From the NCBI GenBank assembly GCA_963725865.1, contig CAVSAC010000010.1, positions 1-64,000 of the forward strand: a stretch of 64,000 nt of DNA. The letters are read 5' to 3'. This document shows positions 1 to 11,805 of this stretch, piece after piece. Position numbers and translations under genes: made by a program. The notes under the pieces were generated by a model. It was not told the DNA's origin. It searched no databases and worked only from the letters and a program-made list of their open reading frames with translations. Within the stretch, counting starts at the first letter, position 1. Each line of letters opens with the position of its first letter. The stretch is from Candidatus Eiseniibacteriota bacterium. GTDB lineage: Bacteria > Eisenbacteria > RBG-16-71-46.

Positions 1-1303
1 CCCGCTCGCCGCCCGACAGTTGGCGCACCGCGACATTGGCCTTGTCGCCGGAAAAGCCGAAGCGGCCGAGCTGCCCGCGCACCTCGCCGGGAGACGCATC
101 AGGCAACAGGCTCTGCATATGTTGCAGCGGGGTCTCGTCGGGAACCAGCTCCTCGATCTGATGCTGGGCAAAATAGCCGACACGCAACTTGCTCGATGCG
201 ACGATCGCGCCGGCCTCCGGCCGCAATTGACCCGCAAGCAGCCGCGCCAAGGTCGTCTTGCCATTGCCGTTGCGGCCGACCAGCGCCACGCAGTCGTCGG
301 GGTCGATGCGCAAATTCAAGCGCGACAGCACGGGCGCGCCGGGCACATAGCCGACGGCGACACCATCGAGCACGACCAGCGGGGGCTTGAGTTCCTTGGG
401 GCTCGGAAAGTCGAACACCACGGAAGCGTCCTGCACCGTCGCCGCGATCGGCTGCATCGCGGCGAGCGCCTTGAGCCGGCTTTGCGCCTGGCGCGCGGTA
501 TGCGCCTTGTAGCGCCAGCGATCGACATAGGCTTGCAGCTTCTTGGCCCTCGCCTCTTGCTTGCCGCGCATCGCCTCGGTCTGCGCCGCGCGTTCGCTCC
601 TCTGCCGAGCGAAGGAATCGTAATTGCCGCGATAGAGCGTCAGCCCGCCGCGCTCGAGATGCAGGACGTGATCGGCGACATTGTTCAGAAGATCGCGCTC
701 GTGGCTCACGACGATGAGACTGCCGCGATAAGATTTGAGGAACGCCTCCAGCCACACGGCAGCCTCGAGATCGAGATGGTTCGACGGCTCGTCGAGCAGC
801 AGGAGATCGGGCTCTGAAAACAGCAGCGCCGCGAGCGCGACCCGCATCCGCCAGCCGCCGGAGAAGCTGTCGAGCGGCCGATGCTGCTGTTCTTCGGGAA
901 AGCCAAGACCGGCGAGAATGCGCGAGGCGCGCGCTGGAGCGCCATGCGCGTCGATCGCGTTGAGCCGATCATGGATCTCGCCGATGCGATGTGGATCGTG
1001 CGCGTGCTCGGCTTCGACCAGCAGTTCCGCGCGCTCCTCAGCCGCAGCGAGCACGGTCTGGTAAGGGGTGGCTTGGCCGCCCGGGGCCTCTTGCGCGACA
1101 TAGCCGATCCGGGTGCCCGACGGTGTCTCGACGCTGCCCTCGTCGGGCTCATGGACCCCGGCGATGACCTTGAGCAGCGTCGACTTGCCAGCGCCGTTGC
1201 GGCCGACCAGGCCGACATGCGCCTTCGGCGGCAGCGACGCGGAAGCGTGATCGAGAACGAGATGGCCGCCGAGCCGGAGCGTGATGCCGTCAAGCGTGAG
1301 CAT
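1..1303 (-). CDS. ABC-F family ATP-binding protein (3' end runs off the window)
   Basis: Read manually from ATG at 1303: MLTLDGITLRLGGHLVLDHASASLPPKAHVGLVGRNGAGKSTLLK, later FSGGWRMRVALAALLFSEPDLLLLDEPSNHLD, then a second Walker A (GRNGNGKTT) and LSGGER. Two tandem ABC domains, no TM segments. Missing from the ORF track because it is open to the edge. Confidence 0.93.
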   Translation of the reverse strand, partial: MLTLDGITLRLGGHLVLDHASASLPPKAHVGLVGRNGAGKSTLLKVIAGVHEPDEGSVETPSGTRIGYVAQEAPGGQATPYQTVLAAAEERAELLVEAEHAHDPHRIGEIHDRLNAIDAHGAPARASRILAGLGFPEEQQHRPLDSFSGGWRMRVALAALLFSEPDLLLLDEPSNHLDLEAAVWLEAFLKSYRGSLIVVSHERDLLNNVADHVLHLERGGLTLYRGNYDSFARQRSERAAQTEAMRGKQEARAKKLQAYVDRWRYKAHTARQAQSRLKALAAMQPIAATVQDASVVFDFPSPKELKPPLVVLDGVAVGYVPGAPVLSRLNLRIDPDDCVALVGRNGNGKTTLARLLAGQLRPEAGAIVASSKLRVGYFAQHQIEELVPDETPLQHMQSLLPDASPGEVRGQLGRFGFSGDKANVAVRQLSGGER

Positions 1304-1338
1304 GGGAGATCAGTGTCGGATCGGCCAAGTTCGAGCTA

Positions 1339-3027
1339 CTACTGACGCTTCCGGCCGCCGAGTATTCCCCGCTCGTCGGGAACGCTCTTGAACGGAACAT
1401 ATTTGTCGTCGGTCGATGACCCTGGCTTTGATTTATCGAACTCCTTCGGACTGGCTCCGCCACTGGTGTCGAGCGCGCCGAATCCGGTGAAGCCTCCGCC
1501 GCCGCGCCGGCCGCGACCCTTAAGCGCATCCGTCAGCACTTTCGTCGCCAATGGCACGCCGGTTCTGATGATGGTCTTGCCGAGCGTCGTCCAGAAACTG
1601 TCGCTGCGCGAAGAGCCGCCCGAGCTCGTCCTGGTCGCGGCCTTCTCGTCGGCACTGGCGGTTTTGGCCTCCGCCGCACCGTCGGTCCATTGTTGCAGAC
1701 GCGCTTGGTCGGACGAGCTGTCGGCCGGTTGTTCCGGATATTCGACCGGGCTGGCGGCGATGACCTTGTTGCGCTCGGACTCGGTGATCGGTCCGACCCG
1801 AGAATTCGGCGGCCGCACCAGCGTGCGCTGGACCACGCTCGGCTGGCCCTTTTCATCGAGCGTCGAGACGAGAGCCTCGCCGATACCAAGCTCCATGATC
1901 GCCTTTTCGGTATCGAAGGCAGGATTGCTGCGGAAGGTCGTCGCCGCAGCCTTAACCGCCTTCTGCTCCATCGGCGAGAAGGCGCGCAGTGCATGCTGGA
2001 TGCGATTGCCAAGCTGGCGCGATACTGTGTCGGGAATGTCGAGTGGGTTCTGCGTCACGAAATAGACGCCGACGCCTTTAGAACGGATCAAGCGCACGAC
2101 CTGTTCCACCTTCTCGAGCAGCGCCTTCGGCGCATCCTTGAACAGGAGATGCGCCTCGTCGAAGAAGAACACGAGCTTCGGCTTATCGGGATCGCCGACC
2201 TCGGGCATCTCCTCGAACAGCTCCGAGAGGAGGAACAAAAGAAAGGTCGCATAGAGCCGCGGCGACTCCATGAGCTTCTCCGCCGCAAGCACGCTGATAT
2301 AACCCTGCTTGCCGTCCTTCAGCATGAGGTCCTTGATATTGAGCACAGGCTTGCCGAAGAAATGCGCGCCGCCTTGCCGGTCGAGCACGAGAAGCGAACG
2401 TTGGATCGAGCCAACCGAGGCCTTGGTGACATTGCCGTATTTCGTAGTGAGGGTGTCGGCGCGCGCGGCAAGCCCCTCGAGCAGGGTCTGCAAATTTGCG
2501 AGAGTGGACAGCGGCAGCTTTTCGTCGTCGGCGATTTTGAAGGCGATATTGAGCACGCCTTCTTGCGCGTCGCTCAAATCCATCAGGCGGGAGAGAAGCA
2601 GCGGGCCCATCTCGGAAACGGTCGTGCGGATGGGCAGGCCTTGCTCGCCGAACAGGTCCCAGAAAATCACCGGGTAGGCGCGGAAATCTTGCGTGAAGTT
2701 GATGGCCTTGTCGCGCGCCTCGATCCAAGACTTCATCTCGCCTTGTTCGGCCACGCCGGAGAGGTCGCCCTTGACGTCGGCGCAGAACACCGGGACTCCC
2801 TGGTCTGAGAAGCCCTCTGCCAAGCCTTGCAAGGTGACCGTCTTGCCGGTTCCCGTCGCGCCGGTAACCAGCCCATGGCGGTTGGCAAGTCGAAGCAGGA
2901 TGGACTCCAGCTCTTTGAGGTCAGTGCTCTTGCCGATATTGACTCGGCCGTCCGAGATCGCTTCGAACGGCTCATTTGTGCCGGATCCCGCATCATCCTT
3001 CGGCGCTGCCGCCTTGCGCTTCGCCAT
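1339..3027 (-). CDS. DUF853/YjgR family HerA-like ATPase
   Basis: [56 protein letters not shown] and [13 protein letters not shown] motifs. Start moved to ATG at 3027. Confidence 0.92.
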   Translation of the reverse strand: MAKRKAAAPKDDAGSGTNEPFEAISDGRVNIGKSTDLKELESILLRLANRHGLVTGATGTGKTVTLQGLAEGFSDQGVPVFCADVKGDLSGVAEQGEMKSWIEARDKAINFTQDFRAYPVIFWDLFGEQGLPIRTTVSEMGPLLLSRLMDLSDAQEGVLNIAFKIADDEKLPLSTLANLQTLLEGLAARADTLTTKYGNVTKASVGSIQRSLLVLDRQGGAHFFGKPVLNIKDLMLKDGKQGYISVLAAEKLMESPRLYATFLLFLLSELFEEMPEVGDPDKPKLVFFFDEAHLLFKDAPKALLEKVEQVVRLIRSKGVGVYFVTQNPLDIPDTVSRQLGNRIQHALRAFSPMEQKAVKAAATTFRSNPAFDTEKAIMELGIGEALVSTLDEKGQPSVVQRTLVRPPNSRVGPITESERNKVIAASPVEYPEQPADSSSDQARLQQWTDGAAEAKTASADEKAATRTSSGGSSRSDSFWTTLGKTIIRTGVPLATKVLTDALKGRGRRGGGGFTGFGALDTSGGASPKEFDKSKPGSSTDDKYVPFKSVPDERGILGGRKRQ

Positions 3028-3178
3028 GCGTCGTCTCCTTGATTCCGGGCCGCACTCTAGCTTCTCCTGACGGCCCCGCAAAGTCGCGCTGGCCAGACCG
3101 GACCTTGCGCCGCACGGCTTCCGCGCAGGCAAAGCTTCGTGTTAGGAGGGGACTCAACTGGCTTAGGGCTTGACGCAA

Positions 3179-5002
3179 ATGGTGGAACTCTCTCTCGCCC
3201 GTGACTTCGCCCTCGCCGACGAGGCGGCGTGGAAGGCGCTCGTCGAAGAGGCACTGAAGGGCGCGCCCTTTGCCGCGCTCAGGTCCGAGACCTATGACGG
3301 CATCGTCATCGAGCCGCTTTACAAGCGCGCGCAAGAGGCCGCCCGCGTCGCGTGCCGGCCCGCGGGCCAGCCCTGGGCGGTCATGCAGCGGATCGATCTC
3401 GCCGATCCCAGAGCCGCCAATGCGCAGATCATCGACGATTTGATGAATGGCGCGAGCGGCGAGACGCTGGTGTTCCAGGGGGCGATCGGCGATTACGGCT
3501 ACGCCCTTCCGGCGACCGGCGCCGCGATCAGCGCCGCGCTCGACAATATCTATCTCGATGCCGGCGTCGCCATCGATCTCGATCTCAGCATGCAGTCGAA
3601 GGACGCTGCCGGCCTTCTCGCCACCCTGGTCAAGGCACGCGGGCTTGGCCCTAAGGAATGCACCATCCGCTTCGGCTTCGGCCCGCTCGGCGGCGTTGCC
3701 TTGCATGGGCAGAGCCCGCTGCCCTGGGAAGCCATTGCGCCGATCTTTGCCGAACTCGTCGCTGATCTCGCGGGGCAAGGTTTCGCCGGTCCCTTTGCCG
3801 TCGCCGACGGCAGGGTGATCCATGCGGCCGGCGGATCGGAGGCGCAGGAGCTCGCCTTCACGCTTGCCTGCGCCGTGGCTTATCTCCGCGCGCTTGAGCA
3901 AAACGGCATCGCGCTCGATGACGCGCGCCGTTCCATCTATTTTCGCCTCGCCGCCGACCAGGACCAGTTCCTGACCATCGCCAAGTTCCGCGCCATCAGG
4001 AAGTTGTGGGCGCGGGTCGAACAGGCGTGCGGGCTCAAGCCCCTCCCCGTCTTCGTCGCGGCCGAAACCGCCTGGCGCATGATGACCAAGCGCGATCCGC
4101 ACGGCAACATCGTGCGCGGCACCATCGCCGCGCTTGGCGCCGCGGTCGGTGGCGCCGATGCCGTGACGGTCCTGCCGTTCAGCGCGGCGCTCGGCGTGCC
4201 TGATGCCTTCGCCCGGCGCATCGCGCGCAACACGCAGACGATTCTCATCGAGGAGGCGAATATCCATCGCGTCGCCGATCCGGCCGCAGGCTCCGGCGCC
4301 ATCGAGGCGCTGACCGATGCGCTCTGTCGAACGGCATGGTGGTTCTTTCAGAAGATCGAGAAGGCAGGCGGCGCCGCGGAAGCCTTGCAGACCGGATCGA
4401 TCCAACGCGTCGTGGCGCGCATCCGGGCCGAGCGCGAGGCCAATGTCGCACGCCGCAAGGACACGCTGGTCGGCAGCAGCGACTTCCCCGATCTCGCCGA
4501 GGACAAGGTTGCCGTTCTGGCGCAGTCGCGGCTCGCGTCTCTCTCGACCAACGACGCGGCGCTGGCACCGATAAGGTTGGCCGAGCCGTTCGAGCGCCTG
4601 CGCGACCGCAGCGATCAGTATCTCGCGCAGCACGGCCATAGGCCCAAAGTGTTCCTTGCCTGTCTCGGACGCGCCGCTGATTTCAACGCGCGGGCGAGCT
4701 TTGCCAAGAGCCTGTTCGAGTCTGGCGGCATCGAAGCCGTGCAAGCAAACGGCGACAACCTCGCGAAACGATTCAAGGAATCGGGCGCGAAGCTTGCCTG
4801 CCTCTGCTCCTCGGATAAGCTCTATGAGCGCGAGAGCGCAAGCATCGCCAAGGCGCTGGCCGAAGCCGGGGCTTCGCGCGTCTATGTCGCCGGCAAGGCC
4901 GGAGCCAGCAAAGGCGAGCTCGAGCAGTCCGGCATTAGCACCTTCCTTCACCAGGGCTGTGATACGCTTCAAGTCCTCAACGCCGCTTACGACGAGATTT
5001 GA
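3179..5002 (+). CDS. mutA: Methylmalonyl-CoA mutase small (beta) subunit
   Basis: ETYDGIVIEPLY, IHAAGGSEAQELA, ARRIARNTQTILIEEA, VADPAAGSGAIEALT, CLCSSD. Lies directly upstream of the large subunit. Confidence 0.92.
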   Translation: MVELSLARDFALADEAAWKALVEEALKGAPFAALRSETYDGIVIEPLYKRAQEAARVACRPAGQPWAVMQRIDLADPRAANAQIIDDLMNGASGETLVFQGAIGDYGYALPATGAAISAALDNIYLDAGVAIDLDLSMQSKDAAGLLATLVKARGLGPKECTIRFGFGPLGGVALHGQSPLPWEAIAPIFAELVADLAGQGFAGPFAVADGRVIHAAGGSEAQELAFTLACAVAYLRALEQNGIALDDARRSIYFRLAADQDQFLTIAKFRAIRKLWARVEQACGLKPLPVFVAAETAWRMMTKRDPHGNIVRGTIAALGAAVGGADAVTVLPFSAALGVPDAFARRIARNTQTILIEEANIHRVADPAAGSGAIEALTDALCRTAWWFFQKIEKAGGAAEALQTGSIQRVVARIRAEREANVARRKDTLVGSSDFPDLAEDKVAVLAQSRLASLSTNDAALAPIRLAEPFERLRDRSDQYLAQHGHRPKVFLACLGRAADFNARASFAKSLFESGGIEAVQANGDNLAKRFKESGAKLACLCSSDKLYERESASIAKALAEAGASRVYVAGKAGASKGELEQSGISTFLHQGCDTLQVLNAAYDEI

Positions 5003-5008
5003 TTGCTG

Positions 5009-7171
<2,163 letters not shown>

Positions 7172-7320
7172 TCTGCGACCATCGGTAGCTTCCGCCCGGC
7201 TCGCCCGCGGTCGGAAAACTGTCATGTCTCTCAACTATCCGTCGCGACCAGGGCTATAACAGGCGCTGCGCGATGCGCTGAACCGGGCCTATGCGGCTCC
7301 GGCATTTGCGGGGGAATTGC

Positions 7321-9537
7321 ATGTCGGTCAAGACCGCCGGCGGAAGCTTGACCAGCCGCTCAGCCGAACTCGCCCGGGCCGGCGTGAATGACATCTTTGC
7401 CGGGCTGGTCGGAAGCGTCATCACCATTGCCTATGGGCTCTCCTTCGCGGCGCTGATCTTCGCACCCCCGCTCAACACCTGGCTCGCCTACGGCATCGCC
7501 GCGACCTTCATCACCAGCGCCGTGACCGCCGCCATCGTCGCGGCGCGAAGCTCGCTACCCTTTGCCATCGCCGGTCCTGACCCCACCACCGTCGCGGTCA
7601 CGGCAACATTGGTCACAGCGCTGATGGCGCGGCTTGCCGAGCAAGGCTTGCCCGACGACCTTCTGGCGCCGGTCGCGATCATCATGGCGCTCTCCGCCGC
7701 TCTGACCGGCGTGCTGCTGTTCGGGCTCGGGCTCGCGCGCGCGGGCGGCGCCATCCGCTTCATTCCCTATCCCGTGATCGGCGGCTTTCTCGGCGCCTCG
7801 GGCTGTTTGATGGTGAGCGGCGCCGTGCGGGTCATTACCGGCCATGGGATCGGCATCGCCAATCTCGGCACGCTGCTCGAAGTCGCCGTACTCGCCAAGC
7901 TTCTTCCGGCAATCGCCATCGCACTCGCCATCTATCTCGGCCTGCGCCGTCGCGAGAGTCCTTACGTGCTGCCTGCCGTTCTGCTGGTTGGCATCGGCCT
8001 GGCGCATGGCGCCCTGGCGATCACCGGAACGAGCATGGCCACGGCGGAGGAAATTGGCTGGTTATTCAAAGCCCCCGCCACAGTCGGGCTCACGCCGACT
8101 TGGGACCTCGGCGATGTTCGCATGTTTCCGTGGCACGTCCTGCCTAGGCTCTCCGGCGATCTGTTCGCGGTCATGTTCGTCACCGCGATCAGCACGCTGC
8201 TCAACACGACCGGACTCGAATTTCTCACCAAGCGCGAGGCCGATCTCCAACGCGAATTGAAGACCATCGGCGTCGCCAACGTGATTGCCGGGGCGCTGGG
8301 AGGCTATGCCAGCACGATCGCCTTGAACCGCACCACACTCAATTACGTGGCCGGCGCTCGCGGTCGCCTCTCCGGCCTGACCGTCGCCGCCATCTCGGCG
8401 CTCATGCTCGTCGCCGATCCGGGCTTTCTCGCTTACGTGCCCAAATTCGTGCTTGGCGGTCTGCTGCTCTATCTCGGCGCCAACCTCGTCTATGAGTGGC
8501 TGATCAATTCAGCGCAGCGAATCTCGCTGCTCGAATATGCCTCGCTGCTGGCGATCGCCGTGCTCATTCTCCAGATGGGCTTCATCGCCGGCGTCTTCAT
8601 CGGCGTCATCATCGGCTGCACGACCTTCGCGGTCAGCGCGAGCCGCGTGAACGCCATCAAGTTCAGCTTCGACGGATCCGAATATCGCTCGACGCTCGAC
8701 CGGGGACCCGAAGAGCTCGCCATTCTCGCCGCCAACGGCCACGAGATCCAAGGCATGAGCCTGCAAAGCTATATCTTCTTCGGCTCGGCCAACCGCCTCT
8801 ACGAGCAGGTGAAAGCTCTGTTCGCCAGAAGCCCCGAGACCCGCTTCCTGCTGTTCGACTTCCGCCTGGTCACCGGCATCGATTCCTCGGCGATGCATAG
8901 TTTCACCCAGATCAAGCGGGCCGCCGCCGAGCTTGGTGCCCGGCTCGTGCTGGTCAATCTCCCGTCCGAGCTCAACGATGCCTTCCGCAATCGCAAATTC
9001 ATCGCCGACGACGTGATCCTCGCCGACGATCTCGACCGGGCGCTCGAGGCTTGCGAGAAGGAGGTGATCGCGGCGCATCTGGCTGAAGGGACCAAGGCGA
9101 GGACTCTGCGCGACTGGCTCGCCCAGGCCCTCGGCAGCGACGACTATGCCGCGCAGTTGGCGGAGCTCTGCCAGAGGCTCGAAGTCGGCAAGGATGCCAT
9201 CATTGCTGCGCAAAACGAGCCCGCCAACTCGATGCATTTCATCTTGGAAGGCCGCATCGGCATCATCGTCGAAATGGATGACGGGCGCTTGGTTCGCGTC
9301 CGCAGCCTAGGACCGCACACCACCATCGGCGAGATGGGCCTCATCACCCGCCAGAAGCGGAGCGCCACCATAAAGGCTGAGGTCCCGAGCGTGCTTTACG
9401 AGCTGAGCGCGGGCGCCTATGAGCGCCTCAAGCAAGCGAACAGCGCGCTCGCCCAAGCCCTTCTCACCTATATCGTCAGAGTCATGGCTGAGCGGCTCTC
9501 CTTCGCCAGCAAGGTGATCGGCGTACTGCGCCGCTGA
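7321..9537 (+). CDS. SulP/SLC26 family anion transporter with STAS and cyclic-nucleotide-binding domains
   Basis: Many TM segments with IRFIPYPVIGGFL, STAS region (YIFFGSAN, DFRLVTGIDSSA), C-terminal cNMP domain (IGEMGL..RSAT). Confidence 0.9.
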   Translation: MSVKTAGGSLTSRSAELARAGVNDIFAGLVGSVITIAYGLSFAALIFAPPLNTWLAYGIAATFITSAVTAAIVAARSSLPFAIAGPDPTTVAVTATLVTALMARLAEQGLPDDLLAPVAIIMALSAALTGVLLFGLGLARAGGAIRFIPYPVIGGFLGASGCLMVSGAVRVITGHGIGIANLGTLLEVAVLAKLLPAIAIALAIYLGLRRRESPYVLPAVLLVGIGLAHGALAITGTSMATAEEIGWLFKAPATVGLTPTWDLGDVRMFPWHVLPRLSGDLFAVMFVTAISTLLNTTGLEFLTKREADLQRELKTIGVANVIAGALGGYASTIALNRTTLNYVAGARGRLSGLTVAAISALMLVADPGFLAYVPKFVLGGLLLYLGANLVYEWLINSAQRISLLEYASLLAIAVLILQMGFIAGVFIGVIIGCTTFAVSASRVNAIKFSFDGSEYRSTLDRGPEELAILAANGHEIQGMSLQSYIFFGSANRLYEQVKALFARSPETRFLLFDFRLVTGIDSSAMHSFTQIKRAAAELGARLVLVNLPSELNDAFRNRKFIADDVILADDLDRALEACEKEVIAAHLAEGTKARTLRDWLAQALGSDDYAAQLAELCQRLEVGKDAIIAAQNEPANSMHFILEGRIGIIVEMDDGRLVRVRSLGPHTTIGEMGLITRQKRSATIKAEVPSVLYELSAGAYERLKQANSALAQALLTYIVRVMAERLSFASKVIGVLRR

Positions 9538-9539
9538 GC

Positions 9540-9836
9540 TTACCCTGAGGCGCGGATCGGTTCGATGCGAGCCAAGTCCTTGGCCGCGTCGCGCGCGCAA
9601 TCGAGATCGTATTGCTTTTGTAGATTAAGCCAAAAATCGGGCGTCGTGCCTAAGGCTTTGGCCAACCGCAATGCGGTGTCTGCGGTGACGCCTCTGTCGG
9701 CATTGACGATGGTCGAGATACGGTTGGCCGGAACGCGGATGGCGCGCGCAAGCGCATTCGCGCTCAAGCCGAGCGGCTTCATGAATTCCTCTTTGAGCAC
9801 CTCACCCGGATGCACAGGTGGCAATGGCTTACTCAT
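9540..9836 (-). CDS. higA: HigA family antitoxin (HTH-XRE)
   Basis: PVHPGEVLKEEFMKPLGLSANALARAI...TADTALRLAKALGTTPDFWLNLQKQYDL. Confidence 0.93.
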   Translation of the reverse strand: MSKPLPPVHPGEVLKEEFMKPLGLSANALARAIRVPANRISTIVNADRGVTADTALRLAKALGTTPDFWLNLQKQYDLDCARDAAKDLARIEPIRASG

Positions 9837-9848
9837 GTTGTTCTCCAC

Positions 9849-9883
9849 CTAGTGATAGTCACAATCTCGACATCAAGGGCGTC
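9849..9883 (-). pseudogene. higB: Remnant of the 3' end of a HigB toxin gene
   Basis: Minus strand reads GAC GCC CTT GAT GTC GAG ATT GT- GAC TAT CAC TAG, i.e. DALDVEI(V)DYH*, the typical HigB C-terminus with one base missing, just upstream of higA. Confidence 0.75.
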
Positions 9884-9885
9884 TG

Positions 9886-9905
9886 ATTATACGTAGTACG
9901 TAACA
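9886..9905 (-). promoter_or_regulatory. Putative higBA promoter/operator: TATAAT -10 box overlapping a palindromic site
   Basis: Minus strand TGTTACGTACTACGTATAAT contains two TACGTA palindromes and a perfect TATAAT, within an AT-rich patch. Confidence 0.55.
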
Positions 9906-9969
9906 TATACTAATCACCCTGTCACCAGTATCTTGCCTTCGCGGCGGTTTGCCCCTACCCCCGCATCCC

Positions 9970-10974
9970 ATGCGCGACGACACAGCCAAGAAAGACATTG
10001 AGCGGACGGCCAAGGCCGTCCGCGACGGCGACCGGGTGGCGCTCGCCCGCGCCATCACTCTGGTCGAAAGCGCCAAGCCCGAGGACCAAGCCCGGGCGGA
10101 AGCCCTGCTCGACCGGCTGCTGCCGCATACCGGCACATCCATCAGGGTCGGCATCAGCGGCGTGCCCGGCGCCGGCAAATCGACCCTGATCGACCAGCTG
10201 GGCTTGAACCTCGTTGAGCAAGGCCACAAGGTCGCCGTGCTCGCGGTCGATCCGACGTCCTCGAGGAGCGGCGGCTCGATCCTCGGCGACAAGACGCGCA
10301 TGGGTCGGCTTGCATCGGAGCCTAACGCTTTCATTCGCCCCTCGCCCGCCGGCGATAGCCTTGGCGGCGTCACCAAGACCACGCGCGAGACCATCGCCCT
10401 CGCCGAGGCCGCGGGTCACGATGTAGTTTTGGTCGAGACGGTCGGCGTCGGGCAATCGGAGACGGCCGTCGCCAATATGGTCGATATCTTCGTCGTGGTG
10501 GCGATCCCAGGCGCGGGCGACGAGTTGCAAGGTATCAAGCGCGGCCTGCTCGAACTCGCCGACATCATTGCCGTCAACAAGGCCGACGGCGATCAGGTCG
10601 AGCGCGCCAATCGTGCGGCGATGGAATATCGCACGGCGCTGCACATCCTCGCCTCGGGGCACACCGGCTGGGACCCCCAGGTGCTGACGCTCTCGGCACG
10701 GGACAATAAGGGGCTGGACGCGCTCTGGACCAAGATCACCGAGCGCCATGCCGCACTTGCCGCCTCAGGCGCGCTCGACGAGCGCCGCTCCGCCCAGGCC
10801 ACCTCCTGGATGCGAGAGATTTTTGAGCAACGGTTGCTCGCCGCCTTCAAGGGAGGCAAACGCGCCGCCCGTCACTTCAAGGAGTTGGAGGACAAGGTGC
10901 GCGCCGGCAAAATGACCGCGTCAGCGGCGGCGCATGAGCTAGGCCGGTTGGCGGGCATTAAGGACGCCGAATAA
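9970..10974 (+). CDS. meaB: Methylmalonyl-CoA mutase-associated GTPase MeaB
   Basis: LARAITLVES, GISGVPGAGKST, AVDPTSSRSGGSILGDKTRM, ETVGVGQSE, NKAD. Confidence 0.96.
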   Translation: MRDDTAKKDIERTAKAVRDGDRVALARAITLVESAKPEDQARAEALLDRLLPHTGTSIRVGISGVPGAGKSTLIDQLGLNLVEQGHKVAVLAVDPTSSRSGGSILGDKTRMGRLASEPNAFIRPSPAGDSLGGVTKTTRETIALAEAAGHDVVLVETVGVGQSETAVANMVDIFVVVAIPGAGDELQGIKRGLLELADIIAVNKADGDQVERANRAAMEYRTALHILASGHTGWDPQVLTLSARDNKGLDALWTKITERHAALAASGALDERRSAQATSWMREIFEQRLLAAFKGGKRAARHFKELEDKVRAGKMTASAAAHELGRLAGIKDAE

Positions 10975-11027
10975 ACCCGCCCAAATTCGCTTCCCTCGCG
11001 TGTGAGCCATAAGGTAAGTCGAGAGCC

Positions 11028-11657
11028 ATGGAGAGGCCTCGCGTCTTGCTCACGGGCTTTGGCCCGTTTCCGGGTGTGCCCACAAACCCTTCGGGCTGGC
11101 TTGCCGAGACGCTGGCCGAGCGATTGTCCTCGCCTGACTTGAGGGGCCGGATTCACGCCCGGATTTTGCCGACCGAGTGGGAAGCCGCCGCGCTCTTGCC
11201 GCGTCTCTGCGAAACGCTGCAACCCCATGTCATGATTTACTTCGGCGTCTGTGAGCATGCCAAGACGTTTCGCATCGAGCATTCAGCGCATAACCATGCC
11301 GCGCCCCGCGCCGACGCCAGAGGCGCCCTCCCGGCAAGCCCCGTGATCTCTGCCGAGGGAGCCGCGCGCCTCGACACGGCCTTTCCGGCGGGCGCGCTCG
11401 CCCGGCACCTCAAGACGAGTGGCGTTGCCGCCGTGACCTCCCACTCCGCGGGGCATTATCTCTGCAATTTTCTCTATTACCATTCGCTCGACTGGGCTTT
11501 GCGGCAACCGGCGCCTCCTCTCGTGCTGTTCGTGCACATTCCGCCTCTGTCCGGCACAGATGGCCCGTGCGACGAGACGCGGCTGCTGCACGGCGCGCAA
11601 CAGATCTTGCGCTTCGTCCTCGCCTTCGCCAGCGAGCAGGTTCCGGCACCGAGTCCC
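11028..11657 (+). CDS. pcp: Pyroglutamyl-peptidase I (C15). 3' end uncertain because the frame reads through a repeat element to 12242
   Basis: VLLTGFGPFPGVPTNPS, FRIE, SHSAGHYLCNFLYY, FVHIP. Recognisable homology ends near 11,640. Confidence 0.8.
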
Positions 11658-11774
11658 GCCTCCCCCCTTGAGGGGGAGGCCGACCGATCTTTGATCGGTC
11701 GGGAGGGGGGTGAATTCGAACGCCCACTCGCTTGCTCGCCCCCCTCCCCGACCCTCCACCGCAAGGGGGAGGGA
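11658..11774. repeat. Multi-hairpin palindromic element (REP/RIME-like), copy 1
   Basis: GCCTCCCCC-CTTGA-GGGGGAGGC, then CGACCGATC-TTT-GATCGGTCG, then GGAGGGGG...CCCCCTCC, then CCCTCCACC-GCAA-GGGGGAGGG. Confidence 0.8.
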
Positions 11775-11805
11775 GTTGTCCGTGAGCGCGAAGGACGCTT
11801 AAGCG

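Noticed and set aside
1339..3027. HerA-based anti-phage system
   Set aside because: The motifs match the housekeeping DUF853/YjgR family and there is no adjacent nuclease or SIR2 partner.
3028..3178. Cobalamin riboswitch upstream of the mutase
   Set aside because: The gap is short and I could not find a B12-box or other conserved riboswitch motifs.
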